From positions 64,001-128,000 of the forward strand of contig CAVOID010000005.1 in the NCBI GenBank assembly GCA_963695875.1: a stretch of DNA of 64,000 nt. Direction: 5' to 3'. Origin of the DNA: an uncultured delta proteobacterium. GTDB taxonomy: Bacteria; Desulfobacterota; Syntrophia; Syntrophales; UBA2185. Of this stretch, positions 43,414-55,172 are shown piece after piece. Numbering within the stretch: the first letter of the stretch is position 1; each line of letters starts with the position of its first letter. The notes under the pieces are model-generated. The model was given only the letters and a program-made list of their open reading frames with translations, was not told the DNA's origin and searched no databases. The position numbers were made by a program, and so were the translations under genes.

Positions 43414-44469
43414 ATGAAAAAGTTAAGAGTGGGAATCATATTGGGCGGCATGTCTTCGGAAAGGGAGGTTTCCCTCAACAGCGGCAGGAATGTCTTCGAC
43501 AACCTTGATACTGAATTTTATGAAGGAACGCCCATATTCATGGATGGCCAGGGAAGATTGTGGATCATCACGTGGCAGCTCATTTCTCAAAATACCACCG
43601 TTGACATATCGGAACGTTTAGAAAGGGAAGCGCGCAGGATTGCATACGAGGATCTGAAGACGGAAATTGATTTCGCCTTCATTTCTCTTCACGGAAAATA
43701 CGGAGATGATGGATGCATCCAGGGTTTTCTCGAGCTGCTGGGAATACCGTATACAGGCCCGGGAATACTGGCATCGGCCTTAGGCATGGACAAACACATG
43801 CAGCAGAAAATCCTGCGAGCGGCGGGGCTTAGTGTTCCCGACGGTGAAATCATTCATGAAGGGGAGTGGCGGGATAGAAAAGAAGAAGTTAAGAAAAAAC
43901 TGTTTAGTCATTTTAAATTCCCCTTCTTTACAAAGCCGATCAGGGAAGGCTCCAGTGTGGGCGTTACCGCCGTCAAAGATGAAGCTTCTCTCGATACGGG
44001 TGTGGAAGAGGCCCTGAAATGGGACACGGCCGTCCTGGCCGAGGAATATATCGACGGGATAGAATTCTCGTGCATCGTCCTAGAGGAGGATGGCGAGGCC
44101 AGGCCTCTTGCCCTCACGGAGATTTATCCGCAAAGCGAATATTATACCTACGATGATAAATACATGCCGGGGAGGTGCAGAAAGTTTACACCGCCGAAGA
44201 ATATTCCCCCTGATGTGGTGGAAAAAATAAAAACGGAGGTGATTAAGGCATACAATGCGTTAGGGTTTAGATCCTATGGACGCATCGACGGATTTCTCGC
44301 GAAAGATGGCCGGATCCTTATCACAGACCCCAATTCATCATCCGGCATGGCCCCTTCTTCCTTCTTCTTCGAGCAGGCAGCCTCCGCGGGAATGCTTCCT
44401 ACAATGATCATTTCCACGCTGATACAGAATGCAATCAAGATCCACCAGGAAAAAAAGGGGCCGCTATAG
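43414..44469 (+). CDS. ddl: D-alanine--D-alanine ligase family protein (paralogue 1)
   Basis: GGMSSEREVSL.SG, LHGKYGDDG.IQG, EGSSVG, YDDKY, RIDG; atypical DPNSSSGM. Confidence 0.82.
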   Translation: MKKLRVGIILGGMSSEREVSLNSGRNVFDNLDTEFYEGTPIFMDGQGRLWIITWQLISQNTTVDISERLEREARRIAYEDLKTEIDFAFISLHGKYGDDGCIQGFLELLGIPYTGPGILASALGMDKHMQQKILRAAGLSVPDGEIIHEGEWRDRKEEVKKKLFSHFKFPFFTKPIREGSSVGVTAVKDEASLDTGVEEALKWDTAVLAEEYIDGIEFSCIVLEEDGEARPLALTEIYPQSEYYTYDDKYMPGRCRKFTPPKNIPPDVVEKIKTEVIKAYNALGFRSYGRIDGFLAKDGRILITDPNSSSGMAPSSFFFEQAASAGMLPTMIISTLIQNAIKIHQEKKGPL

Positions 44470-44583
44470 TCCAACGTGATCAGATAGAAACAGAGGTTGG
44501 AAAGTCACGGTAAAATGGACTTTACATAAGAATAGAATATCACTATAGTCCGGAAATTATCACTCGTAAGGAGCACGTAAGCC

Positions 44584-45652
44584 TTGGAAGAAAAAGGTGC
44601 GAAAAAACTCAGAGTCGGGGTCATCATGGGGGGGATGTCTTCGGAAAAGGAGGTCTCTCTTGAGAGCGGCAGGAATATATTCAACAAGATTGCCCGTGCC
44701 AAGTATGACCCCATTGCGATATTCATGGACAGCAAGGCAGCCTTCTGGGAGATACCGATAAAACTGTTGATGCGTAACAGCACAAAAGACATCGAAGAAG
44801 ATCTGTCGGAAGAAGCAACCCATATCCCATACGAGGCGTTAAAGTCACGGGTGGATTTCATTTATATAGGCCTTCACGGCAAGTACGGAGAAGATGGAAC
44901 CTTGCAGGGCCTGCTGGAGCTTCTGAATATCCCCTATACGGGATCGGGTGTCCTCGGCTCTGCCATAGGGATGGACAAACTTACATGCAGGAAGATTCTC
45001 TCCATAAGCGGCATTGATGTGCCAAAGACAATAGCGGTTCACAAACAGCAATGGGTGCCTGAAAGCAGTAAAGACGATTCTGGATAACATCGAAAAGGAG
45101 ATCGGGTTCCCCTGTGTTATAAAGCCGACACGGGAAGGGTGCAGTACTGCCGTTAAAAAAGTGGTATCGAGGGACGGAATACCGGCTGCCATCGAAGACG
45201 CATTGCAATGGGATAATACGGCACTGGTCGAGGAATTCATTGACGGGATAGAGGTGACCTGTGGTGTCATCGAGAATGATCACGCCATGGCGCTGACTCC
45301 CTCTGAAACCATTCCCACCGATGATGTCCTTTCCCTGGAAGACAAGTTTCTCTATGGTCAGGGCGAAAACAAAACCCCTGCCAGAGTGCCGGATGATATA
45401 TTGAAGAAAATACAGGATGTTGCCGTACAGACATTCTGCACCCTTGATCTTAAAGGCTATTCGAGAATCGACATGTTTGTCAGAAAAGATGGGCGCGTTG
45501 CTGTCCTCGAACCGAATACCCTCCCCGGAATGACCCCCTCGACTGTTCTTTTCCACCAGGCGGCCGCCTCCGGGATCACCCAATCGGAATTTATAGACCG
45601 GATCATCAGCTCAGCCCTGAAGGCGCATGCAAAAAAAAGAGGTCCCTTGTAA
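44584..45652 (+). CDS. ddl: D-alanine--D-alanine ligase family protein (paralogue 2; frameshift near 45060-45075)
   Basis: GGMSSEKEVSL, LHGKYGEDG, KPTREGCS, LSLEDKF, YSRID, EPNTLPGMT. Confidence 0.82.
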
Positions 45653-45673
45653 TTGAACTGAATGAATTCTGAC

Positions 45674-45705
45674 CTTGCACGCCGGCAACCCGGGTTCGAA
45701 TCCCC
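45674..45705 (+). other. degenerate tRNA(Glu-like) 3'-half fragment
   Basis: CTTGCACGCCGGCAACCCGGGTTCGAATCCCC resembles the anticodon-to-T-arm part of tRNA-Glu; no 5' half. Confidence 0.45.
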
Positions 45706-46186
45706 ATTCCTTCTCCATTACTGGCTCAATCTCATGGCTACCTGTTGTCCGGCCCCCTTGTTACTCAATCGAAGCCCGATCTCCGCTTTCTTACTTCCCG
45801 AAGTCTTATTATTCTAAGTCAACCCATCCGTACAACATTTCCTTTGAAAATAAACAAAAGTCACACCATCAGTTTTATACACAATTATTGACATAGGAAT
45901 TTCATCGGTATACTGTCAGAAACATCGTTCTATCCTTTGACCTTTATTGAGTAAGGTATTTAGACTGCTGAAATCAGATTCTGCCTGATGGATGCAAATA
46001 AGCAATAGATTCTATATATATGTTGTTGCTCTTTCTGAATTTGAACAAAGTGGGGAGATGAACACATGATAAGAGTAATGATAGAAGGAATTGTTAAATT
46101 TAATGTGTTGCCTGCTCGGATAGGCCCGTAAAAAAAAGAATGAAACGTCTCAAATGTAAATTATACAAAAAGAAGGGAGAAGGTAA

Positions 46187-46648
46187 ATGAAAACTCGAAA
46201 ATCAAGAAAGGCTTTTCTGATGTTCATCACGGCTGCCTTTTTCGCAATTGGGTCAGTTTCCTTAGGTGCACAAACGTCGGGGCCTGGGACAACGATAAAA
46301 GATGTCAAAGAGAAGACGGAGGGAGCTGTTCAGGCAATCAAAGACTATTCCGTCAATCAGCGAGATGAAGCTGTTAAGAAGGCAAAGGCTGCCATGGATG
46401 AACTGGATGTCCGCATCAACAGCATGGAATCCCAGCTTGATAAAAAATGGGCACAGATGGATCAATCCGCTCGCAAGAAAGTGAGGGAAACTTTGACAGT
46501 GCTCAGGAAGCAGCGCAACGAGGCCGCCGAATGGTATGGCGGCTTGAAGCATAGCTCCAGCAAGGCATGGGAAGATGTGAAAAAGGGCTTTTTGAAGAGC
46601 TACCAAGAACTTCGAGACTCATTAGATAAAGCGCACAGTGAATTCTAG
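46187..46648 (+). CDS. exported coiled-coil hypothetical protein
   Basis: Signal peptide and helical repeats (..AWEDVKKGF..). Confidence 0.75.
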   Translation: MKTRKSRKAFLMFITAAFFAIGSVSLGAQTSGPGTTIKDVKEKTEGAVQAIKDYSVNQRDEAVKKAKAAMDELDVRINSMESQLDKKWAQMDQSARKKVRETLTVLRKQRNEAAEWYGGLKHSSSKAWEDVKKGFLKSYQELRDSLDKAHSEF

Positions 46649-46849
46649 CGAATCTGGAAGTCGCATCTGGGAAACATTGGCAACTATGTTGGTGAGCGAA
46701 GGGAACTACGGGTCAGATGAAAGGGTCAAGGATCCATTCAAGTCCATGATTCAAATAATCATCTTATATACCGCCAAGAGAAACTCCTCGATACGCCAGT
46801 AAGAACTGCATTCAAGCAGTGTTTTTATTCAAGACAGAAATTTCAGAAT

Positions 46850-47527
46850 GTGACTATGAAGAATTTAAGCAGTTTTCTTGTATTCATATTCTTGACTATT
46901 CCCTCTCCCGTCTGGGCTGGGGAACTTTCAGAGTTTTCCATAAACAGTTTCTTGTCCATGCCCGTAAACATTTCACATTCGAGCGATTCAACGATCTGGA
47001 TGAAAAGCGTCGGTGAGGGATTTCTTTCCGGAACACAGACTCTGGGCGTCAACGCCGGGGCCGCCTATGGGGTGATGATATTCGGTGGTGGAGAACGGCA
47101 TCATCTTGCGCTGCTCTCAGTCTCTCGTGGCCGGATGATTGGTGATGTAAAAGGGGCTGACAGCTGGTATCGTGGTAACTGGGAGTTGCGAGGAGAGATA
47201 CTCGGCGGACTGCAGTTTAATTCGGAAACCTGCTGGCTCATCGGAGTAACGCCGCATGTGCGATACCATTTTGCCACCGGCGCACCCTGGGTTCCTTATG
47301 CCGATGTCGGTGCGGGAATTACCTTAACCGACATTCGTGCACCCGACTTGGGCGGCTCCTTCCAGTTCAATCTGCAAGCGATCGTCGGTGTGAATTATTT
47401 CGTAAGGGACGCCTTGGCAATCAACTTAGAAGGACGCTATATTCATCTCTCCTCCTTGGGCATTTACAGTCCCAATTATGGTGTGAACACGATAGGAATT
47501 TTCCTGGGAGTCACCGAGTTCTTCTAA
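46850..47527 (+). CDS. acyloxyacyl hydrolase / PagL-like lipid A deacylase beta-barrel
   Basis: VPYADVGAG, FQFNLQ, RYIHLSSLG, PNYGVN, C-terminal Phe. Confidence 0.8.
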   Translation: MTMKNLSSFLVFIFLTIPSPVWAGELSEFSINSFLSMPVNISHSSDSTIWMKSVGEGFLSGTQTLGVNAGAAYGVMIFGGGERHHLALLSVSRGRMIGDVKGADSWYRGNWELRGEILGGLQFNSETCWLIGVTPHVRYHFATGAPWVPYADVGAGITLTDIRAPDLGGSFQFNLQAIVGVNYFVRDALAINLEGRYIHLSSLGIYSPNYGVNTIGIFLGVTEFF

Positions 47528-47542
47528 CCCTCAAAACACATT

Positions 47543-48466
47543 TTGAAGATCATCCTCGTCATGTTGAACTTTTTACCGAAAATATTGCTGGGGATTATGT
47601 CATTCCTGCTGCTCTCGCTGAATATCATTTTCTGGTGCACCATCGTGTTTATCTTCGCCCTGCTGAAACTGGCCCTGCCCATCAAGCCGATGCGGGTTAT
47701 CCTCGACCATATCCTGCACGGCATTGGCGCAAACTGGATATCCTGTAACAGCGGATGGATGCGCTTGACCCAGAAAACCAGGTGGGATGTGCAAGGCGTC
47801 GACGGTCTGACCTACAGGGGTTGGTATCTCGTCAACAGCAATCACCAGAGCTGGGTCGATATTTTTGTCCTCCAGCACCTGCTCAACCGAAAAATCCCCT
47901 TTCTGAAATTTCTGATCAAACAGGAACTGATTTATGTTCCCGTAATAGGTCTTGCCTGGTGGGCCCTGGAATTTCCCTTTATGCGCCGGCACAGCGCGGA
48001 GTATTTGGCAAAACATCCGGAGATGCGCGGCAAGGATCTGGAAACCATGCGCAAGGCCTGTGCAAAATTCTCACGCATTCCCACCAGCATCATGAACTTT
48101 CCCGAGGGGACCCGCTTTACAAAGGCCAAACACGACAAGCAGGGCTCGCCTTATCAATTCCTGCTGAAACCAAAAGCGGGTGGCCTCGCCCTGTCCTTGA
48201 GCACCATGGGCGAAAAATTCCAGTCCCTTCTGGACGTCACCATTGTCTATCCCGATGGGGCTCCTGGATTCTGGGATTTCCTTTGCGGGCGGGTGAATCG
48301 GATTATGGTCCGCATGCAGCAACTACCGATTCCCAAGCAGTTTATCGACAGCGACTATGAAAATAATCCGGAGTGCCGGGACTCTTTCCAGCAGTGGCTT
48401 TCCGAACTATGGAAGGAAAAGGACGGCCAGATCGGACAACTATACGTCGAGGCCACAATATCATAG
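47543..48466 (+). CDS. YihG-like lysophospholipid acyltransferase
   Basis: NHQSWVD, FPFMRR, NFPEGTRF, LLKPKAGG. Confidence 0.9.
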   Translation: MKIILVMLNFLPKILLGIMSFLLLSLNIIFWCTIVFIFALLKLALPIKPMRVILDHILHGIGANWISCNSGWMRLTQKTRWDVQGVDGLTYRGWYLVNSNHQSWVDIFVLQHLLNRKIPFLKFLIKQELIYVPVIGLAWWALEFPFMRRHSAEYLAKHPEMRGKDLETMRKACAKFSRIPTSIMNFPEGTRFTKAKHDKQGSPYQFLLKPKAGGLALSLSTMGEKFQSLLDVTIVYPDGAPGFWDFLCGRVNRIMVRMQQLPIPKQFIDSDYENNPECRDSFQQWLSELWKEKDGQIGQLYVEATIS

Positions 48467-48748
48467 ATGGTCGTGCATCTGGTCGGGTTTAATCGGTGTT
48501 AAGCCGTTTAGATGGGTTTAAAAACGCAGTAAAATTGCAGAATAAGTCTTTTCCTTCGAACTCGCCGGTCAGGAAATATGGTGCTGAATAACATCGGTAA
48601 CTATTTAATATCATTATAAATATCTTAGACAATCAGCACCTATTTCTGAGTCATGAACCCTGCCTCACAAAAACATTGACAGAACCTAGAAGATGAATAT
48701 ATTAAGTATGGATTTTGAGGGTTACTTTACTAAGCAGATGGTGTAACC

Positions 48749-49273
48749 ATGCACTTCAATTCAATGCAGAGATCTCTCGCGAATAACATGTTTCAGCATG
48801 CCGAGAGCCTGGCAGGGCAGTACTTTCGTATGAGCAGTGAAAAGCTAAAGAAGTACCGCTATGATGTTAAGACCTTGGCCTATCTCGATGAACATGAAGT
48901 AAAGGATGGGGCATTTGCCCACTTATGCAGGTACCACTACAAAAAAGATGAGAACGCAAGCCCTCCGGATGACTTTTATTTTTACAGAATATGTCTTCAG
49001 GATAACCGGATTTTAGATGCTGTTGAAAGGGGCCAGTCTTTCATTAAACTTAACCCCTTGCTTTTATACATCGCCGCGCATGAGCTTGTGCACATCATAC
49101 GGTTCGAAGCCAGGGAGATTGATTTCGACGCATCGCGGGAAGATAAAGAACGGGAAGAAGATAAGGTGCATGCCATCACGAAAGATGTGCTTCAGTCCTG
49201 CATTTCTCCTGATATTAGACTGATTTTTGATTGCTTCAGCAATCGCTACAAAATTGGAGACCTTTTTAACTGA
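48749..49273 (+). CDS. conserved hypothetical protein with an HExxH motif
   Basis: YDVKTL, ICLQD..IL, AHELVHIIRF. Confidence 0.75.
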   Translation: MHFNSMQRSLANNMFQHAESLAGQYFRMSSEKLKKYRYDVKTLAYLDEHEVKDGAFAHLCRYHYKKDENASPPDDFYFYRICLQDNRILDAVERGQSFIKLNPLLLYIAAHELVHIIRFEAREIDFDASREDKEREEDKVHAITKDVLQSCISPDIRLIFDCFSNRYKIGDLFN

Positions 49274-49300
49274 GAGAATATTTATTGGTGGAGGATTTAC

Positions 49301-49582
49301 ATGCCTATTTATGAATATAAATGCCGGAAGTGCGGGAAGCAGTATGAGCTGTTCCAGAAGATGACCGATCCGGCCGTCAAGAGTTGCAGATTCTGCAAAG
49401 GCCCCGTTAATAAGTTGATATCTGCCACATCCTTCCATCTGAAGGGTTCAGGATGGTACGCAACAGACTACGGCGGAAAGAAGGCGCCGGCAAGCGAGGC
49501 GAAAAAAGATGACGCGGTAAAATCAGAGACAACAGAAACCGTAAAAACGGAATCAACTCCGAAGGCAAGCACAGAAGATTGA
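49301..49582 (+). CDS. FmdB family zinc-ribbon protein
   Basis: MPIYEYKCRKCG...CRFC...FHLKGSGWYATDY. Confidence 0.9.
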   Translation: MPIYEYKCRKCGKQYELFQKMTDPAVKSCRFCKGPVNKLISATSFHLKGSGWYATDYGGKKAPASEAKKDDAVKSETTETVKTESTPKASTED

Positions 49583-49647
49583 AAACCTTAAAACCTTCCG
49601 ATCAGGGCGGCTATCTTTAAGAGGTATGCCGCCTTTTTTATTTATAT
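49453..49647 (+). repeat. direct repeat copy 1 (fmdB 3' end plus terminator)
   Basis: Near-identical to 54146-54340 and 55173-55356. Confidence 0.9.
49604..49640 (+). terminator. fmdB intrinsic terminator
   Basis: GGCGGC-TATCTT...AGGTAT-GCCGCC followed by T6. Confidence 0.8.
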
Positions 49648-50128
49648 TACCCACAAGTCTTCACTCTTGAGGACAAGGAAAGATTGAAGCGTACTACTTA
49701 TAATCTTCAATATAATTGTTTAATAACCGAAAGAGAAGATTCCTGTATGTGCCATTTGTCCTTTAATATTATTCTTGTATTAATATTTTTTCACAAATAA
49801 TTTGGCAATCAAGTTATTAAAGCTTCAACAAATATATACCGATAATAATAATAAAAGAGTGAAAGTCACCAAGCTTTCTTAACTCCCTCCTTAAAGGCAG
49901 GATTATTTTAGTCCTGCCTTTTTTAGTTCAGTGAATAGGACGGTATTAAATTGGAATGGTGTGTGGGCATACTGAATTGGAAAAACAAGATTATAGGAAG
50001 AACGAGACTCATCTCTGTGTTGCCTGTTATATCAAGATCAATTTGAGACAAAGAATGTAATCAGTCTCCAAAATAAGAAAAGGTGGGAAACCGGCTCCAC
50101 CCTTTCTCGTTCAACAGTTTATAGTTTA

Positions 50129-50277
50129 CTATTTGAAGATTATAATCGACACCCAGCCTCACAGTCGCTGTGGACTGAGCCATAGAAATTCCCGTCTACT
50201 CGCGAGAGTCATCCTTCCATTCACTCCGGCCTGCTCCATGACTACCTCTCAAATATGCTTACCAGCCTCTCTCCCAT
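50129..50277 (-). pseudogene. frameshifted small hypothetical gene downstream of the roadblock-like gene
   Basis: MGERLVSIFE / VMEQAGVNGRMTLASR / GISMAQS readable only across frames. Confidence 0.35.
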
Positions 50278-50294
50278 TGTACCGTCCATGGTCT

Positions 50295-50675
50295 TTATGA
50301 TGATACGACCGCATCTTCAAATGCATCCAACATTTTAGGTAAAATCACATTCAACAGAAGTCCCAGCTTCGCCTTCTTCGTATCAATCGCAACTCCCCAT
50401 TGATAGTCCCCAAGCGGAATGAATAGAATACCCTTGTTCCCAGCCAAATCCAGATAATAATACCGCCCCAGTTGAGGATAACCTTGCCCTTGTGAAAGAG
50501 ATTTCTGAAGATTTTGTGTCATCTGGGCGAATAGGGCAGCTGTCTTGACTGAAGACTTTTCAGTTGCAATGATCGTCTGTGCATCCTCCATCGAAACAAT
50601 ACTTGATGCAAGAAAACCATCCCCTACGTCCTTCTCCACCAATTCCATACAGTAATTAAGTTTCTGAATATTCAT
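50295..50675 (-). CDS. roadblock/LC7-like hypothetical protein
   Basis: AGGAGG RBS; 126 aa; ALF..MT, LGRYY, KLGLLLNV pattern. Confidence 0.65.
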   Translation of the reverse strand: MNIQKLNYCMELVEKDVGDGFLASSIVSMEDAQTIIATEKSSVKTAALFAQMTQNLQKSLSQGQGYPQLGRYYYLDLAGNKGILFIPLGDYQWGVAIDTKKAKLGLLLNVILPKMLDAFEDAVVSS

Positions 50676-50967
50676 TGCTCCTCCTTTCTGCGCATGTTGT
50701 TAAACTATCGAAGATCTCCCAAGGCCATTACCTTTGATCTCTCCGCCTCCCATCCATCCCTCTTACTCTTTTCGTTATACATATCGACATTTTACACGAA
50801 AAACTTTATACCTTTTAATCTTTATGTCTTAACATCCAGAAAGCGTGGATTCTCCGGAATTTCCGCTATGGAGGGATGACATACCGGTTCCGCTCAAGGG
50901 CGGTAGGGAGTCTAACCGAAAGATGGCAACAGACAATTTAAAAAAATGTGAAAAAAAGTGTTTTAAA

Positions 50968-51014
50968 ATACAATATGTGGTATACTAAAAAATAAGCAAC
51001 ACAATATTCAGTAT
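50968..51014 (+). promoter_or_regulatory. tandem NrdR-box-like operators
   Basis: ATACAATATGTGGTAT (50968) and ACACAATATTCAGTAT (50999), starts 31 bp apart. Confidence 0.6.
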
Positions 51015-51074
51015 TCTCCGCAGTCTCAAAATTATTTAATTTGACTATCTTAATTAGTGAATGGGGAATGAAAT

Positions 51075-51260
51075 ATGATACTTAATAACAAACAAATGGA
51101 CGTAGCTTATCGAAAGGGCGATATACTTATTAATCCGTATATGCGCTCACTTAGTGGGAACATAGGGGCGCTTTCAGAAGAAGGCAGGCAATTACGATGG
51201 ATCATACCACTCGTCGTTATGTTTGTGATAGCTGTTATTGGCATTATAGTGAAAATATAG
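51075..51260 (+). pseudogene. probable internally deleted dCTP-deaminase-like gene
   Basis: N-terminus MILNNKQMDVAYRKGDILINPY resembles a Dcd start (MILSD..I...I..G.I.I.PF) and is fused directly to a C-terminal TM helix. Confidence 0.5.
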
Positions 51261-51482
51261 TAACGGGTTTTGATTATTCATCTTCTGGTTCATCAAGACC
51301 ATGCGGTAGGTTAAGCCATTCCGGAAAAATGGTTATCAAATTTATTGACTTCAGGAAACAGCTATTCTTCTGTTAACCGCAGCAATAGTCTTTTGATGCA
51401 TCGAATGTTTCTGTTGAAAGTGAGAACAATCACAAAAATTACGGTCTAATACAGTTATAAAGCTTAAAACTAAAGGTATTCT

Positions 51483-52532
<1,050 letters not shown>

Positions 52533-52862
52533 TTACTTTTATTAACTGCCATTCATAGTGTACATCACCTTACCATGAAGAAGAAATTAGATCACATTAA
52601 ATTTTCAAAACAAAAGTCAGGGTTAGGGTTGGGACTGAACAATTCAGATTGGAATTAAGTACGGTGTCCCCGGAATTAACGGAATTAAAGGCAAGCGTTC
52701 GCAGGGAAAATTGTCTTTATAAGTCTAACCCGCAGTCTAAAAGATCTTCAGCCATTTCAACTCACATTCAAGTTCACAATCCTGGAGACAAAAACAGACA
52801 TTCATCTCTATTCTGTAAGGTCATTAATCATAAAGTCGAATTAAGATTATGTATATAGCCCC

Positions 52863-53054
52863 TTATGCTATGCTGTCAACGATCTCCTCCGCCAGTCCCG
52901 GTTCAGCTATATCTGCGCCCGCGTTCGGAGTGCGCATTTTTATATTAGCTTTCTGCTGTTTAGCCATTATGCGCTTTGAAGCCTTATCTATTTGTTTCTG
53001 CTGCCTTGCTTTTTCTTTCCCCTGTTTGCCAAAGTCGTACATGGACTTTCCCAT
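52863..53054 (-). CDS. small basic hypothetical protein downstream of the cold-shock gene
   Basis: AGGAG RBS; MGKSMYDFGKQGKEKARQQKQ... Confidence 0.6.
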   Translation of the reverse strand: MGKSMYDFGKQGKEKARQQKQIDKASKRIMAKQQKANIKMRTPNAGADIAEPGLAEEIVDSIA

Positions 53055-53172
53055 TTTTAAGCTCCTATTTTTTATCTTTCTTTCAAATGTTACAGAATAT
53101 GCTGACAAAATAGTGAGGCGCTCCACAATACAATATCGTGATGGAGCGCCTCTCTCTTTACCCAGGGTTTAA

Positions 53173-53373
53173 TTAACGGACTTTCACGTTTTCTGCTGCA
53201 GGACCTTTATTGCCCTGAACAACATCGAAGCTTACAGACTGGCCCTCAGTTAAAGTCCTGAAACCAGTTGCTTGAATGGCACTGTGATGGACAAAAACAT
53301 CCCCACCGTCATTCTTCTCGATAAATCCAAAACCTTTACTCTCGTTAAACCATTTTACTTTACCTTCTGACAT
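53173..53373 (-). CDS. cold-shock protein
   Basis: [31 protein letters not shown]. Confidence 0.95.
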   Translation of the reverse strand: MSEGKVKWFNESKGFGFIEKNDGGDVFVHHSAIQATGFRTLTEGQSVSFDVVQGNKGPAAENVKVR

Positions 53374-53551
53374 AATTAGTCTCCTCCTTTCTTAGAATTT
53401 ACCAAAAGTCGAATTACCAATATGACAGAAATAAAAAAGCCACCAAACTCTAAAGAGCATGGTGGCCGCCTTTGCACTTCAAATTGTTATAACTCAACTT
53501 TAACTGTACCGCGCTGACTTAAGACCATAGCGAGGTACAGGATATGTATAT

Positions 53552-54145
53552 ATGATACTTTACTGTTTACGCAAAGTCAAGGCATATTTCATACTTCTTA
53601 AACCCACCCGCATCCACTATAAAAAACGCGGCAGATCTACAACAAAACCGGGAACTCTCTTAAGGAAACAAATACCTATACAAACAAACCAATGGGATGA
53701 ATCAAAACCGGGATTCCTTGAAGCCGATACCGTAGCCCATTGTGGAGAGTCATTGCTGGGAATGTACGCATATACCATAGACTGCGTGGACATTGCCACG
53801 GGATGGACGGAACAAAGAGCTGTGTGGGGTAAAGGAGAAACAGGCGTCCTCAAACAAATCAAAAACATAGAAAAAATGCTCCCCTTTCCACTCCTTGGCT
53901 TCGATTGCGATAACGGATCAGAGTTCTTAAATTATCACCTCGTGAGACATTTTACCCGACGAAAACACCCCGTAAAATTTACCCGCAGCAGACCGTACCA
54001 CAAAGATGATAACGCACATGTAGAACAGAAAAACTGGACGCACGTACGCCAATGGCTCGGTTACCAGAGATTAGATAATCCCAGGGTCATCGCCTGTATT
54101 TCAATAATTTATTCACACGCCGATAAAGCGGTCATCTGGTCGTAA
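53552..54145 (+). mobile_element. truncated DDE (rve/ISNCY-like) transposase fragment
   Basis: KPGTLLRKQIP, PGFLEADTVAHCG, DCDNGSEFLN, TRSRPYHKDDNAHVEQKN; both ends missing. Confidence 0.85.
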
Positions 54146-54340
54146 ATGATACGCAACCGATTACGGCGGAAAGAAGGCGCCGACGAGCGAAGCGAAAAAA
54201 GATGACGCGGTAAAATCAGAAACGACAGAAACCGTAAAGACGGAATCAACTCCGAAGGCAAGCACAGAAGATTAAAAACCTTAAAACCTTCCGATAAGGG
54301 CGGCTATCTTTAACAGGTATGCCGCCTTTTTTATTTATAT
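54146..54340 (+). repeat. direct repeat copy 2 (fmdB 3' end plus terminator)
   Basis: 195-bp match to 49453-49647 with many synonymous-type substitutions. Confidence 0.9.
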
Positions 54341-54341
54341 C

Positions 54342-54388
54342 TTGACAAATATCTTTATGACCATTAAGATGACCATAACAAATGACTA
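54342..54388 (+). promoter_or_regulatory. TA promoter with direct-repeat operator
   Basis: TTGACA-17 nt-TAAGAT; ATGACCAT twice and ATGACTA overlapping the -10 and start region. Confidence 0.7.
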
Positions 54389-54401
54389 ATATGGAGGACA
54401 T

Positions 54402-54668
54402 ATGGGTGGTACAACTATAAGCATAGCTGAAGGAAAGAAGAGGTTCAGCCGTATTATCCAGGATTCTATCGAAAAAAGAGAGGATATCATTATCACAAAA
54501 CGAGGCAAGGCTGTTGCAGTTATCGTTCCCTACGACGAATACCGCCACACCTTGCGACTGGAAGGCTACGGAAAAATCATGGAAACAAGGAAAGCTTTTC
54601 AGAAAAAAGGTATTCAGGCAAATGATGTCTATAAGGAATCGAGAAATGAACTGGAGAAAAGACCATGA
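54402..54668 (+). CDS. Phd/YefM family antitoxin
   Basis: ISIAEGKKRFSRII...IIITKRGKAVAVIV. Confidence 0.9.
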   Translation: MGGTTISIAEGKKRFSRIIQDSIEKREDIIITKRGKAVAVIVPYDEYRHTLRLEGYGKIMETRKAFQKKGIQANDVYKESRNELEKRP

Positions 54669-55093
54669 AAAGAGCAGTTATCGATGCGAGCATAATTCTT
54701 AAATGGTATCTATCAGACGAGAAATATGGTTCACAAGCACTCGGTTTGCTCGATCAATACATGTCCCGTAATCTGGATATCACGGGTCCTAAATTATTGG
54801 AATATGAACTAATTAACGGGCTTGCTATCGCCCGGCGACGTGGCCGATTAGAAGAGGAAACCGTAGCTGACGCCATGGATGGCTTCCTGAAACTCGGGAT
54901 AGAACTTGCTGACTTGTCGGAACTCTATCGGAGGATTCTTTACTACTGCTATACCTTCAAACGGTCCGCTTATGATGCCAGCTATCTTGCCCTGGCTGAA
55001 AAGGAAGGAATTGATCTAATTACCGCCGATGAAAGATTATATAACAGCGTAAAGAATGACCTAAACTGGGTTGTGTGGCTTGGCGATGTTTGA
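54665..55093 (+). CDS. VapC (PIN domain) toxin
   Basis: VIDASIILKW, YELIN, SAYDASYLALA, LITADERL; ATGA overlap with the antitoxin. Confidence 0.9.
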   Translation: MKRAVIDASIILKWYLSDEKYGSQALGLLDQYMSRNLDITGPKLLEYELINGLAIARRRGRLEEETVADAMDGFLKLGIELADLSELYRRILYYCYTFKRSAYDASYLALAEKEGIDLITADERLYNSVKNDLNWVVWLGDV

Positions 55094-55172
55094 CCTAATT
55101 TCCGGAAAGCAATTCCAGAAACATAAGGCCAATTAGTTAATTCCCAGAATTCCTTAAGAATTAAGGGGGACT

